DNA of 64,000 nucleotides from an uncultured Candidatus Saccharibacteria bacterium (lineage in GTDB: Bacteria > Patescibacteriota > Minisyncoccia > Phycocordibacterales > JAKFXT01): positions 2,663 through 66,662 of the forward strand of contig CAZIPS010000003.1 of NCBI GenBank assembly GCA_964541455.1, given 5' to 3'. Position 1 is the stretch's first letter, and every line of letters begins with the position of its first letter. The notes under the pieces were generated by a model. The model was not told where the DNA came from, ran no database searches, and saw only the letters and a program-made list of their open reading frames with translations. The position numbers and the translations under genes were made by a program. Below are positions 63,834 to 64,000 of this stretch, piece after piece.

Positions 63834-64000
63834 ATGTCTAAAGTTACTCGTGTTTTATCTATTCTTGCTGGTATCATCCTCATCTGCCTCTTTTTAGGTA
63901 TTACCTTTGGAAGGGCGAAGTTAATGGAGGGGCTTGTAACGCTCGCGCTCATCTATCTTTCGGTGCTTGTGTGGCGCACCAAACAAAAACTTTGGCTTGC
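63834..64000 (+). CDS. Partial ORF (5' end only) encoding a membrane protein, truncated by the window edge
   Basis: ATG at 63834 with TATAAT 6 nt upstream (63823-63828), so it may be leaderless. Translation MSKVTRVLSILAGIILICLFLGITFGRAKLMEGLVTLALIYLSVLVW... is hydrophobic. Confidence 0.4.
   Translation, partial: MSKVTRVLSILAGIILICLFLGITFGRAKLMEGLVTLALIYLSVLVWRTKQKLWL

Noticed and set aside
1-64000. Alternative genetic code (UGA or UAG recoding, as in some CPR lineages)
   Set aside because: Long housekeeping ORFs (pnp, polA, uvrD, PBP1A) are intact under the standard code, with no in-frame TGA interruptions apparent.
1-64000. CRISPR array or cas genes
   Set aside because: No regularly spaced short direct repeats were seen. 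The only exact repeats are the 44-bp pair, the tandem duplication in the giant ORF and the tRNA terminator palindrome.

Overview
The window reads as an AT-rich (about 40-45% GC) chromosomal segment from a small-genome bacterium, most likely of the CPR/Patescibacteria type, using the standard genetic code. The backbone is housekeeping: XerC/D recombinase, rpsO, pnp, ComM/YifB, UvrD/PcrA, KsgA, the rpmH-rnpA-yidC-jag cluster next to dnaA-dnaN (the oriC region with tandem DnaA boxes), PBP1A, tyrS, ruvC-yebC-ruvB, PilB, tsaE, polA, holA, trmH, mutM, an amidase, a MurE-like ligase, ruvA, rpsT, ruvX, a CsaA-like protein, pilMNO and five tRNAs. A roughly 13-kb block (19.0-32.1 kb) encodes a T4SS-like conjugative-pilus module: VirB2-like pilin, a VirB4 ATPase that appears split, a VirB6/TrbL-like channel protein, a PrgI-like protein and several secreted or membrane proteins. 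The strongest anomaly is five small, strongly GC-rich (about 55-62%) single-gene cassettes (A 3524-3958, B 4082-4519, C 17548-18138, D 45470-45955, E 63547-63747). Each has a strong Shine-Dalgarno and an intrinsic terminator of its own and sits in an intergenic gap between conserved host genes. Three of them (C, D, E) also carry a near-consensus sigma70 promoter. None of the five products resembles a family I recognise. Other points of note are a roughly 310-bp in-frame tandem duplication inside a 1143-aa giant protein, 44-bp perfect direct repeats flanking a gene beside tRNA-Ser with a duplicated tRNA 3' fragment, an identical palindromic terminator behind two tRNAs, an apparently leaderless rpsO, and a highly acidic 70-aa protein.
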